This document shows positions 26,994 to 39,652 of a stretch of DNA of 50,210 bases, piece after piece. Origin of the DNA: Eledone cirrhosa (Eukaryota); contig CAXHJY010001570.1 in assembly GCA_964016885.1 (NCBI GenBank), forward strand, positions 1 through 50,210, read 5' to 3'. The notes below the pieces were generated by a model. The model saw only the letters and a program-made list of their open reading frames with translations. It was not told where the DNA came from and made no database searches. The stretch's first letter is position 1. Each line of letters opens with the position of its first letter. A program made the translations under genes and the position numbers.

Positions 26994-27307
26994 TACATAG
27001 TCCTTTGATTTGCATACACAAATTGTAATATTCAGTTTTGTAACCAAACTCTAAAAATTTGATGTTTGTGGATTGAGTGTGTGTGTATACAATATCAAGA
27101 AGAAGATCAGATTAAGTATAAACAATTGTCGTTCAGCCATTTTATCACATGTTTGCCCGATAATATGATTAAAAAAACATAACTTGCACTTATGCAAGCC
27201 TGTTAGATTATGAAACTTTTGGCTGCAATGAATTTCCACGTGTATGAACCATAACATATGCATGTTCTGATGCTGGCATTTCCAATGTATTTATTAATAA
27301 TGATACA

Positions 27308-27505
27308 TGTGGTGGATTGACACTATCGGCAGAGGGTCAGACGCCATGCTTTGCAGCACAGAGTTGCGGCCCTTTACGAGCTGAGTTCAAATTTTGCAGA
27401 GGTTAACTTTTCCTTTGCTCCTTACGGAGTCAATAAAATAAAGTACCAGTAATGCACTGGGGTAATTGCTGGCCTTGTGCCAAAAAGTAGAAACAATTAT
27501 TATTA
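27308..27505 (+). mobile_element. SINE family 2
   Basis: Match to the copy at 18052. Confidence 0.85.
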
Positions 27506-28588
27506 CCTTATTTACTGTGGTTACCCTCCCCCCCCTCCCCGGTTTAACTCAGGATCTATACATATATATTTGAATATATATATACAGACACACACACACA
27601 CACTCACACATACACACACAAACATACACTCAAACATTATCATAATATCAGTGAAACATAATACTACATCATTTCTCAAACTGTTTACAAGGTCAAGCCA
27701 GTAGACAGCAAACTATTAGCTGTATGTTCTATATGTGTGTATGTTCGTGTGCGTACATGTGTATGTGTAGCTATGTGTAGCTCTGTGTACATGCTGTGGT
27801 TTGCGGAGAGAATGATTGACGGGAGAGGGCAGGAAGCATTGTGGTACAGGTAGGCAGGTATGTAGGTGAAGGTGCAAGGAGGGCATCTGTAACTAACATC
27901 CTCATCAGTGAACACATTACAAGCACTCCACCCCCATACCACCACCACCACCCTCCCCCTCTCTCTATCTCTCAATGAACTAATTTAGGTGAGTTTAAAC
28001 AGTCAGCTTTCTATTGTATAATCATTGTGACTTCCCATGTTTACATACTAGCTTACAAATTGCTATTAATATATATAAACATACTTTTCTGTAGTGATGG
28101 TAAGGAAAAAGAGGAGAGGCAGAGAGAGGGGAGATGAGTGAAGAGAGAGGGGGTGAGAGAAGAGAGGGAGAGGGGGGATGAGAGAAATAAGAGTGGGAGA
28201 GGGGGGATGAGAGAAAAAGAGAGGGGATGAAAGAAGAGAAGAGAGATGGGATGAGAGAAGAGAAGAGAGGAAGAGAGGAAGGATGAGAAAAGAGACGAGA
28301 GCGAGAGAGGGGGTGAGAGAAGAGAAGAGAGAAGGGGAATGATATGTTAGAAATTCCCAGCACTCCACTCCTCTACATATTCAGTAGTTCGTCCTCCTAG
28401 AGATATTTGCTAACAGTGAGTTCTCTAACGAATGGCTCCAAAGAGAAACATTAGCTAACAGATAACTCTGCAAAGATGTTAGTTAATAACCAGTTCTCAA
28501 GAGACATTAGGTAATAGTTAGTTCTGGAGTAATGTTAGCTAATAGCAGAGATATTAGTTAATAGGTAACTCTGAAGAAATGTTAGCTA

Positions 28589-28958
28589 AATAGCAAGCTG
28601 TGTAGAATTGTTGGCTAATAGCTAGCTGTGTAGAGTTGTTGGCTAATAGCTAGCTGTGTAGAGTTGTTGGCTAATAGCTAGCTGTGTAGAGTTGTTGGCT
28701 AATAGTTAGATGTGTAGAATTGTTGGCTAATAGCTAGCTGTGTAGAGTTGTTGGCTAATAGTTAGATGTGTAGAATTGTTGGCTAATAGCTAGCTGTGTA
28801 GAGTTGTTGGCTAATAGCTAGATGTGTAGAATTGTTGGCTAATAGCTAGCTGTGTAGAGTTGTTGGCTAATAGCTAGCTGTGTAGAGTTGTTGGCTAATA
28901 GCTAGATGTGTAGAATTGTTGGCTAATAGCTAGCTGTGTAGAGTTGTTGGCTAATAGT
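28589..28958 (+). repeat. 28-bp minisatellite (aatagctagctgtgtagagttgttggct), ~13 copies, with degenerate units from ~28390
   Basis: Direct inspection. Confidence 0.95.
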
Positions 28959-29194
28959 TAACCCTAGCCCTTATTTGTGCTTTCCTTTTATTTGTAAATA
29001 TATAAAGTCTATAAATAAACCTTAAACACTCCAATTGTATTTTCAACTTCTTTTAACTATATCTTTGCTTGTGCATGTAGGACATATTAAAAAAAACTTA
29101 CTTTCAAATATATGTGTGTGTATTCCGGGTTCAATCGTGGGTAACCCTAGCAAGTAAGGTACTCAATACATAGCAGAGTATAGATATTTAATAT

Positions 29195-29309
29195 AGAAAT
29201 GGCTTCTACAGGACTAGAACTGTTTCATTCAAAGGAAATCATCAGGAAAGTGGCTCTCCTGATGATTTCCTTCGAACGAAACAGTTCTAGTCCAGTAGAA
29301 GCCATTTCT
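29195..29309. ncRNA. Palindrome (~53-bp arms) whose arms are back-to-back hammerhead motifs
   Basis: Minus copy: CUGAUGA-uUUC(cuuu)GAAu-GAAACAG(uucuaguc)CUGUA-GAAG; plus mirror copy at 29252-29303. Confidence 0.65.
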
Positions 29310-29338
29310 TTATATATATATATATGTGTGTGTGTGTG

Positions 29339-29387
<49 letters not shown>

Positions 29388-29405
29388 ATATGCATATATA
29401 TATAG

Positions 29406-29441
<36 letters not shown>

Positions 29442-29442
<1 letters not shown>

Positions 29443-30237
29443 CTATATTATATTTTGAGAATAAACTCTCAGTCGTTTACAATAATTAAGCTCCAGGAAA
29501 AGGGGCTTTTCCGAGCAGTTAAATACATTAAAATATATAATAAACACGAAACGTGTTTACATTGCAACAGACAAAGTTAGCTATTAATGAAATAAACTAA
29601 TTAAAGTGAATACAATTTGTCTGTCTCGATATAAGTCAATAAAGACAAGCTTATATTGTGTTTATCATATATTTTAATGTATTTAACTGCTCGGAAAAGC
29701 CCCTTTTCCTGGAGCTTAATTATTGTAAACGACTGAGAGTTTATTCTCAAAATATAATATAGTGTATTGCTCCTTTACTGTAGAGCTGATCTTTAATCCC
29801 GCATAAGCGGCTGTTATTTCTAGCACCGTGAATGCGAGACGGCTAGTTTGGCCTGGCTACACACGTGTAGTCAGACCTGCAAAATTTTTGATGTGAGATG
29901 TACTAATTTTACTGGATTCCTGTTGATAAGCACAGAAGATTTGGATATTTCACTTTTTATTTCTATTCCATTTCGATTCTCTTTATTTTTCAATTCACAT
30001 TCCACCGTTGCGAAACTTATTTAGGTTTCGAGGTTCAAATTCGTCTACAGAACAGGTTTGGATTTTGAAATTTAAATCTGTCCAGGAATCATGGCCGTTG
30101 CCAATATAAGCTTGTCTTTATTGACTTATATCGAGACAGACAAATTGTATTCACTTTAATTAGTTTATTTCATTAATAGCTAACTTTGTCTGTTGCAATG
30201 TAAACACGTTTCGTGTTTATCATATATTTTAATGTAT
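29442..30237. mobile_element. (TA)n-flanked element: 555-bp unit with 24-bp terminal direct repeat plus a 217-bp inverted copy spanning the unit junction
   Basis: 29442-29546 is the inverse of 29659-29763; 29523-29658 is the inverse of 30102-30237; tgtttatcatatattttaatgtat occurs at 29659 and 30214. Confidence 0.8.
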
Positions 30238-30585
30238 ATATATATACAGTTTTGCGAGGTTTTTGATATGAAATTGTGTGTCGAAATAAATATATAAATA
30301 GACTAAATAAAGATGGCGTAGACATACAATGCAACGGGAGGAAACAATAGCACCACTGACGATGTTGCAGATGTGCAATGAAAGAACTTTGATAGACTAT
30401 ATATATGTGTTTGTGTCTATATTGTATCTGTATTTTTGACCGTTGGTCAGTCAATGGCAACATTGAGGACCGAATAAATTAAATTAACCGATATAAAGGA
30501 CACAGAAGCGAAAACCAACCAAACAGTGAGTGTGTTCTGTTATTAATTCTGGCAATATTACACAAATATGACCCTCCCCAAGTAT

Positions 30586-30618
<33 letters not shown>

Positions 30619-30781
30619 CAATAGAAGGCCTGACTGGAAAATATCCATTAGAATTTTATAATACACACACACACATCATTTAACATTTGTTCTCCCTGCT
30701 AGCGAAGGTTGGACATATATATATATTACATACCTACATATATATATTTATATATATTTGAAAATGTTAAAACCCCAATGA

Positions 30782-30932
30782 CATAAAATAAATGTAACAT
30801 CAGTTGATCTTTATAAATAACAACTTAGAAAATCAGTGTCTACTAGCCACTTTTCTCCATCTATAGGGATATTTTACCCAATCTTCTAAGCTACTATTTA
30901 TAGAGATATCCTTTTGTTACAGTTATTTTATG
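30782..30932. repeat. Diverged inverted repeat (~50-bp arms, ~47-bp spacer) beside a TA tract
   Basis: cataaaataa..tgtaaca..tataaata..cttagaa versus ttctaag..tatttata..tgttaca..ttattttatg. Confidence 0.7.
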
Positions 30933-31022
30933 CTTTTTGGGATGCCTTTAAATAACCGAGTGCTACAATAATTCCTAATGAAACTGGAAAAAACAGTAAA
31001 AGAGTAAAGTATATTTCTTTAT

Positions 31023-31590
31023 TTAACTCTTTAGCATTTAAACTGGCAGTATCTGGTCAGAATTCTCTCACCTCTTTCTTTTCAAACCGGCTGTAACCAG
31101 CAACTCATACTGATGTTAAGGTATGGTTCTCAAAATAAATAATCTCAAAATCTCATAGATTCAATATTATGTGAGATAATTATGTGAAAATACAATAGTA
31201 TATCATCATCATCAATATCATCATCATCATTTTACGTCCGCTTTTCCCTGCTTGCAAGGGTGGGAGTGGGACGGGAACTGATTCTGGCTTGATTTCTACA
31301 GCTGGATGCCCTTCCTAACAACAACCTCATTTACAGTGAGTGCCGGGTGCTTTTTTGCCGTAGCACCTACACGACCACTTTGCAATGGAATGATAGGGAC
31401 CCCAGTCCTATCGTCTCATTTCTACAGCTGAGTAAACTGGAGCAATGTGAAATAAAGTGTCTTACTCAAGGAAACAACACATCACCCGGTCTGAGAATTG
31501 AACTCACAACCTTTCGATTGCAAGCCCAACCACTAAGCCATGTGCCTCCATATATATATATATAGAGTAATGTAAATACTAAAGGATTAA
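31023..31590 (+). mobile_element. MITE family A with a family-1 SINE (31203-31550, minus) inserted in its internal TA run
   Basis: MITE halves join at caatagtata|tatatagagtaatg, as in the intact copy at 10526. Confidence 0.85.
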
Positions 31591-31696
31591 TGTATTAGGG
31601 TGCGATTTGACAAAGACAGTACTTGTTATTTCTGGCAAAATAAGAAACTACAAAAAGTCCCTCTCTTCCTGCCCACCTCTTGTGCTGGAGATAGTT

Positions 31697-31812
31697 GGTA
31701 GTGGTAAATAGTGGTAGTGGTAAATAGTGGTAGTGGTAAATAGTGGTAGTGGTAAATAGTGGCAGTGGTAAACAGTGGCAGTGGTAAATAGTGGTAGTGG
31801 TAAATAGTGGTG
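31697..31812 (+). repeat. 16-bp tandem repeat (gtggtagtggtaaata), ~7 copies
   Basis: Direct inspection. Confidence 0.9.
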
Positions 31813-32196
31813 ACTTATCTATGAAAACAATAATTGATGTATTTTTTAGTTTACATTATTTTAATTGATTTTTCTCCAAATATAAATTTTTATCAGTTAG
31901 GTTGAAAAGGAAGTGGTTGAGGTAGGTACTGATAGTGGTGGTGGTGCTGGTGGTGGTTGTGGTGGTGGTGGTGGTGGTGGTGGGTTGTGGTTGTGGTGGT
32001 GGTCGTAGTTGGTGGTTGTGATTATATTAAGGTCAAGGAGTTAGATGTAAAGTAATAATAATAATGTGACTGAATAATAATATGACTGCAATGAATTTGT
32101 TTTGCAAGATTTTTTATATGAATCGTGTGTTGAAACAAATGTTATATTGGGGAAAGGTCATGTGGTTACAATATTGCCAGAAATATATAAAACACA

Positions 32197-32403
32197 ATAT
32201 TTCTACTTTAGGCACAAGGCCAGCAATTTTAAGGGGTTGGGAAAGTCAATTAAATCAACCCCATGCATTACTGGTGCTTTACTTTATCGACCCCCGTAAG
32301 GATGAAAGGCAAAGCTAACCTTGGCAGGATTTGAACTCACAACGTAAAGGGCCATAACCCTTATGTTGTCAAAGTATGTTGTCCGCTCTACCAATACTGC
32401 CAA
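32197..32403 (-). mobile_element. SINE family 2
   Basis: Match to other copies. Confidence 0.8.
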
Positions 32404-32450
32404 TAATAATGATGATGATGATGATATATATATACATACATATATGTGTG

Positions 32451-32484
<34 letters not shown>

Positions 32485-32486
32485 CA

Positions 32487-32822
32487 GGAGGCATATAGCT
32501 TAGAGCATTGGCCTTGCAATCGAAAGGTTGTGAGTTCAATTCTCAGACCGGGTGATGTGTTGTTTCCTTGAGCAAGACACTTTATTTCACATTGCTCCAG
32601 TTTACTCAGCTGTAGAAATGAGATGATAGGGACTGGGGTCCCTATCATTCCACTGCAAAGTGGACGTGGAGGTGCCACGGCAAAAAAGCACCCAGCACTC
32701 ACTGTAAATGGGGTTGGTGTTAGGAAGGGCATCCAGCTGTAGAAATCAAGCCAGCATCAGTTCCTGTCCCACCCTTGCAAGCAGGGAAAAGCGGACGTAA
32801 AATGATGACGATGATGATGATG
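32487..32822 (+). mobile_element. SINE family 1 (short-tail variant)
   Basis: Match to the copy at 23690. Confidence 0.9.
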
Positions 32823-33078
32823 AGCTGAGCAGTATACTGTAATTTGGTAAAGAATATCCAAATGTGGGAGAGCAGCCTACTCGCTATTGTTTGTGTTCTA
32901 TATATGTATATGTATGTGTGTGTGTGTGTATCATCATCATTGTTTAACGCTAGCATGGGTTAGACGACTTGTCCTGTTGTGAGACAGCCAGGTCGGGGGG
33001 GACCATGATTTGCTCACACAGAACTGATTTTGGCCTAGTTTCTGCAGCTGGATGCCCTTCCTCATGCCAACCACATTT

Positions 33079-33124
<46 letters not shown>

Positions 33125-33766
33125 TGTGTACATTTATTGTGTGTTTATGTCCCAAAACATGGTAATTAAAAAAAAACCCCCAAAAACAGATCGATAACAG
33201 AAGTACCAGACATGAAAGAATAAAACAGGAAAAGAGTATATGCGCGAGAGAGAGGAGAGAGGGGAGAGAGGGGCTTGAGAGAGGGTCAGAGAGATGGGTG
33301 GAGAGAGAGGCAGGGGGAGAGAGAGGCGGGAGTGAGACAGAGGGGAAGTGAGAGAGAGGAGAGTGAGAGTAAGATAAAAATGATTGAAACTAATATATAT
33401 ATATTTACCAAAAAGACGGGAGAATAAGAATTTACACTGAAAACATCAAAATGGACAACTTTCCTGCATACATGTATTTGATGTTAATGTGTGTCTATGT
33501 GTGGAAAGGAAAAGATATATAAAACTATTACAAAATGCCACACCCAAGTTTTAAAGATTTTTAAGCTGTTGCTATGGATTTGTGTTAAACTTCACTACTG
33601 ACACTTCTAAAACATTGGAGGGAACAGTTTGTTTCTGTTCAGAGAAATATGTGAAGGGTTAGATGAGTTGTCCTGTTGTGAGACAAGCCAGGTCAGATGA
33701 CCATGTCTTGCTCATACAGAACTGATTTTGGTTTGGGTTTTACGGCTGGATCCCCTTCCTTAACAC

Positions 33767-34740
33767 ATTTACAGTGTGAACTGGGTGCTTTTTGGCATGA
33801 CACTTACACGACCACTTTACAGTGTGAACTGGGTGCTTTTTGGCATGACACTTACACGACCACTTTACAGTGTGTACTGGGTACTTTTTGTCATATCACC
33901 TACACGACCACTTTACAGTTTGGATTGGGTACTTTTTGGCGTGACACCAACACGACCACTTTACAGTGTGGATTGGGTACTTTTTGGCGTGACGCCAACA
34001 TGACCACTTTACAGTGTGGATTGGGTACTTTTTGGCGTGACGCCAACACGACCACTTTACAGTGTGGATTGGGTAATTTTGGCGTGACGCCAACATGACC
34101 ACTTTACAGTGTGGATTGGGTACTTTTTGGCGTGACACCAACACGACCACTTTACAGTGTGGATTAGTTACTTTTTGGTGTGACACCAACACGACCACTT
34201 TACAGTGTGGATTGGGTACTTTTTGGCGTGACACCAACACGACCACTTTACAGTGTGGATTGGGTACTTTTTGGCGTGACGCCAACATGACCACTTAACA
34301 GTGTGGATTGGGTACTTTTGGGCATGACACCAACATGACCACGTTACAGTGTGGATTGGGTACTTTTTGGCGTGACGCCAACATGACCACTTAACAGTGT
34401 GGATTGGGTACTTTTGGGCATGACACCAACATGACCACGTTACAGTGTGGATTGGGTACTTTTGGGCATGACACCAACATGACCACTTTACAGTGTGGAT
34501 TGGGTACTTTTTGGTGTGATACCAACACGACCACTTTACAGTGTGGATTGGGTACTTTTTGGCGTGACACCAACATGACCACTTTACAGTGTGGATTGGT
34601 TACTTTTTGGCGTGACACCAACATGACCACTTTACAGTGTGGATTGGGTACTTTTTGGCGTGACACCAACATGACCACTTTACAGTGTGGATTAGTTACT
34701 TTTTGGCGTGACACCAACACGACCACTTTACAGTGTGGGC
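33767..34740 (-). repeat. 48-bp minisatellite, ~20 copies, derived from the SINE internal unit; SINE tail at ~33655-33767
   Basis: Unit tttacagtgtggattgggtactttttggcgtgacaccaacacgaccac is the reverse complement of a variant of the SINE segment gtggtcgtggaggtgccacggcaaaaaagcacccagcactcactgtaaa. Confidence 0.95.
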
Positions 34741-35119
34741 ATTAATTTCTTCATGATTATGTATCTATATGTGTATTGCATAGCTTAGTGGTTAGAGTAT
34801 TCGGCTTACAATCATAAGGTCATGAGTTTGATTTCCATCTAAATCGTGTCCTTCAACAAGACAATTTCATGTTGCTTTTGGCCCAAAATGATTTGTACCT
34901 GTAATTCAAAGGATCAGCCTTGTCACATGCTGTGTCATGCTGAATCTGCTTGATCTGACCCATGCCTAAACAAACAACCCCAATATACCTACATCATAGA
35001 CCTACGATCTTTTCATTGATACTCCTCAGGAACAACAAAGAAAAAAAGGAAAAGAAAAAGGACATATTGGAAAAGTGAGGTAAATTTGTTACCCTAAACC
35101 AGCAAACTTATTTTGTGGC

Positions 35120-35349
35120 AGGCTGCACATGGAGGATGATCGGTGGATGGCGAAGTGCCAGGAAATACTAGTGGAAAGAAGCCACAGTAGAGGTAAACCA
35201 AGAAAGATCAGGGCAGAGGTGGTGAGAAGCTGACCTCAAATAGCTGAGACTCAGAGAGATGACAAACAAATGCAGCAAGTGGAGAGATTTTATGCTGAGG
35301 ACCCACCCAACCCATGCAAGTGTGGATGAACGAACATAAAAATGATGAT
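35120..35349 (+). mobile_element. RTE LINE 3' end
   Basis: HMEDDRWMAKCQEILVERSHSRGKPRK; tail cccaacccatgcaagtgtgga..aaaaatgatgat. Confidence 0.75.
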
Positions 35350-36691
35350 TACAGGCCAATGCAAATATGAAATGAAGCCTTGATCATACAAGGCTATGAA
35401 AACAGATCGCTATTTAATTATCTTAGTGGTTTTCATTATAAACATTTAACATAGAAGAATATATCTACATTTTTTCTTCCCTGAAACAGATGTTGTTCAC
35501 TGCATTCAGTTAGGAAAATAAAAAACATTTACTGTTTAAAATCTCAATTTTTTACCAAGTGAAGGGATGTCACTATATTTTATATATATATACATGTGTG
35601 TGTGTGTGTGTAACACATTGATTAATTTGGGTGCCATTGGCAAAAAATGAGACTTTGTTTTGTAATGCTGAATTATATATATGTGTGTGTGTGTATGTGT
35701 GTGAGAGAGAAAGAAAATCTAAAACATTTGAGGGTCATTGCCCCAAAAAGTGAGACTTAGTTTTTAATGCTGAATTTTATTTTTGCGTTCTCTAAAAATT
35801 AATAAGTAAAACAAAGAACATTTGTATCCAACATCATACATTCAATAAAGTCTACAAGATGGATGAAATGAAGCAGTAAGTCAGATTTGGACCCCAAGCC
35901 GTGTAATATGTAAACCCTTACCCTAAATTAACAGTGGCCCTAATAAAAATATCCAGTCCCTACTGGCTGGGACAGTTGCTTTTTTTAGTTTTGTTTGTGT
36001 TTAGCTGTCTTCCATGTTGAAGCACTTGGCATTAAGGAAACAACACATAACTCCCACCCAGCTGCAAACCAGCTGTTTAAGAGAGGAGAAGAGTGAGGGC
36101 TTTTGGGGTTGGTCTGTTGCTATCTTTGGAACATTCATAACCTTTCAAACTTACGGCTGGCATTTTTACATTATGTCTCCATTTGTCACACACACACACA
36201 TACACACACCGACACAAACATGCACACACACACACACACACTTACAACATCCTTACACCTCTTCACACACACACTCACTCATCTATCACATACAAATGTA
36301 TCCACCTATCCATCACTTACACACACTCACACAAACATGCACATACATCACCTTACACCCCTTCATACAAACACACACACACCCCTGACATCTATTCACA
36401 CCCATCCATCACAGACATTCACACGACTATCCATCATACACACACACCTACCCATCATACACACATACATACACACACAAACACACACCTATTCATCATA
36501 CACACATACATACACTCACACACTCACATACACCTATCCATCATACTCACACCCATCTATCCATCACATACACACAATGTATTCATTGTTGTTGTTGTTG
36601 TTGTTGATTTATAAACCTCACATCTCCATCAACATAAGTTTATTTTCTAACATTTTGTATTTTTCAAAATGATTTTATTATTATTATTATT

Positions 36692-37000
36692 AGAGTTATG
36701 TCCCTTTACGGTCTGAGTTCAAATCCCGCCGAGGTTAATTTTGCTTTTCATCCTTACGGGGTCAATAAAATAAAGTACCAGTAATGTACTGGGGTATTTA
36801 ATCCCCAAGTTGCTGGCCTTATGGGATTGGAAGTATTGGTAGAGCATCAGACATCATGCTTTGATGCATAGAGTTATGGCCCTTGCCATTCTGAGAGGTT
36901 AACTATGCCTTTCATCCTTATGGGGTCGATAAAATAAAGTACCAGTAATACACTGGGGTAATTGTTGGCCTTGTACCAAAAGTAGAAAGTTATTATTATT
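36692..37000 (+). mobile_element. Two tandem family-2 SINE copies
   Basis: Two catcctta(c/t)ggggtc..aaagtaccagtaat blocks. Confidence 0.8.
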
Positions 37001-37679
37001 ACTATTTAAAAATGTTTATGAATTATTGTCAGTGCTTTTTCTTTTGCATTTCTTCCCATGTATGTGTGAGTGTGAGGGCCATAATGCCTTTACAGCTGGA
37101 TGCCCTTCTTCCAACTGCTAACCACACAACTGTGTTCCTGTCAGTCAAGAAAACTGAAACAATTAGACATATTTTTGGTTTAGCCCCAGGTCAACTTTGG
37201 TTGAACAGTCCTATGATCAAAGGTTTTCCAACAATGATTATAATAACTTTTTAAAAGTATGTAGGACTAACATATCCTTTTCTTATTCAAGAAAACTGAA
37301 AGTAATTTTTAGGAAGATTTGGTTGCCATTTCTAGAAGTTCGAGCAACCACTAGCTAGAGTTAACTAACTTGCTTACTATAGGTGTACTTTAACCCTGAG
37401 TTTGCTCTGATTGAGTAGACTTATGATCAAAGGGATTCCGATTTTAAAGAGTATATAAGATTAGACTGTTTTTATGTTCTGTACTTTATTAAAATGATAT
37501 GGTGTGATTTGAAGGAGATTTAATTGCTATTTCTAACAAATCAAACTCCCACATAAAGACTCACATTAGATAAGGTGAATGACTTTCACAAGAATTTCTC
37601 AATGACCTGAAATTTGTCTCTTTGAAACAAAAGAAAGGAAAATCATAGCAACAGTTGACATATCTGTATATTTGCTAAT

Positions 37680-38006
37680 GAAGGTGCATGACTTTGTGGT
37701 TAGGGTATTCCGCTCACAATCGTAAGGTCATGAGTTTGATTCCTGTCAGCACGTTGTGTTCTTGAGCAAGACACTTTATTTCACATTGCTTCAGCCAATT
37801 CAGCAGGCAAAAATAAGTTGTACCTGTAATTCAAAGGGCTAACCGTGTCACATTCCGTGTCACACTGAATCTCCCTGAGTTAAAGGTACGTTAAAGGTAT
37901 GCATGTCTGTGAAATGTTCAGCCACTTGCACATTAATTTCCCGAGCAGTCTGTTCTGTTGATCGGATCAACTGGAACACTTGTGATCGTAACCAACGAAG
38001 TACCAG
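37680..38006 (+). mobile_element. SINE with family-1-like head and centre and a third 3' module (partial copy at ~34778-34950)
   Basis: ttgagcaagacactttatttcacattgct followed by gtacctgtaattcaaagg..tgtcacactgaatctccctgag. Confidence 0.75.
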
Positions 38007-38751
38007 TCAGTCATATTTGCTAACGGTAACATGGTGAAACCAAGACATTTCTGCAAAGTGACCGACGTTAATCAGAATCAATATCTGTCTATTGAACAGC
38101 TATGATGTCACAAGTATTTTTCTCTTAGGGTATCACACTCACATGCAATCAGTCAATATGTTCCTATTGAATAGTAAGAGTTTAACACACAAGTATCTCT
38201 CACCCAGGGCAGTGTCTCACAATGAGAGAAACAGCAACATAGAGACATACACAGACATATACAGACATACACAAACAAAGACACACACACACACAGACAC
38301 ACACAGACACACACAAACAAACACAGACACACACAGACAGACACAAACAAACAAAGACACACACACACAAACACAGACACACACAGACAGACACAGACAT
38401 ACACAAACAAACACAGACACACACACAAACACAGACACACACAGACAGACACAGACAGACACAAACACACACAAACAAACACAGACATACACAAACAAAC
38501 ACAGACAGACACAGACATACACAAACAAACACAGACATACACTCACACACTGAGACCTACAGACACAAGAGACAATCAATATCTACCAATTGCAGAGTAA
38601 TAGGTTACCATCTTTTACCCAGGGCTTCGTCTCACAGACAGACAGACAGACAGACAAACACACAACCAATATTTACCAATTACACACAGAGAGGTTACCA
38701 CAGAATCATCTTTACCCTTCAGCACTCTCTTACTCTCTCATGCACACTCAC

Positions 38752-38782
<31 letters not shown>

Positions 38783-39420
38783 GGGAGAGGGAAAGAAAGA
38801 GAGAGAGAGAGAGCGTTCCTGCATCAATATCTAGTTATTGTACATTTTTCAAAAGTGGTGGGGAGACTATTGTAGAAGATACTTGACCAAGGTGGCATGC
38901 AGGGGGATTGAACACAAAACCACGTGCTCGGTGTGCCAATATAAATCATGTTATTAGTTTCATGCTTAGGGAAATGGAGAAATCAAAAATATATTTGATG
39001 TTTCTAACGTAGGTCTTTCTTCAGCCAAAAAAAAAAAAAAAAAAAAGGTAAAATGGGGAGGAGAAAAGAAAGCAAGAAAAAAAAGGTGGGGAAAATGAAT
39101 AAAAAGATTACAGCAGTGAACCCATAAGCATTCTTACAATGTCAACATATGTCTACATACATGTATGTATGTGGTGTGTGTATGTATGTGTGTATTCAAT
39201 GAATATTAAGTTAATAGAAATTAAGTACATAAAATATATCCTGCAGTAAGAAGTTGAGGATTATAAGTGATTATATCTAGGCAGATTATTTAGGTCAAGC
39301 TCAGATAGATATTGGTTTATATATTGCTGTAGTCATTCATTTTGATGACAGAAAAGTGGGAGGCCTAAAATGTCAAATCAGCAAAAACAAAATTACAGAA
39401 ATAAAAGCAAATACATATCC

Positions 39421-39477
<57 letters not shown>

Positions 39478-39520
39478 GTATAAGGTATGTATATATGTAT
39501 ATATATATATAGTGTACATA

Positions 39521-39562
<42 letters not shown>

Positions 39563-39607
39563 TATACAGGTATAAGGTATGTATATATGTATATATATAT
39601 AGTGTAC

Positions 39608-39652
<45 letters not shown>

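Noticed and set aside
33767-34740. CRISPR-like regular array
   Set aside because: Units are contiguous with no unique spacers, derive from a SINE, and no cas genes are present.
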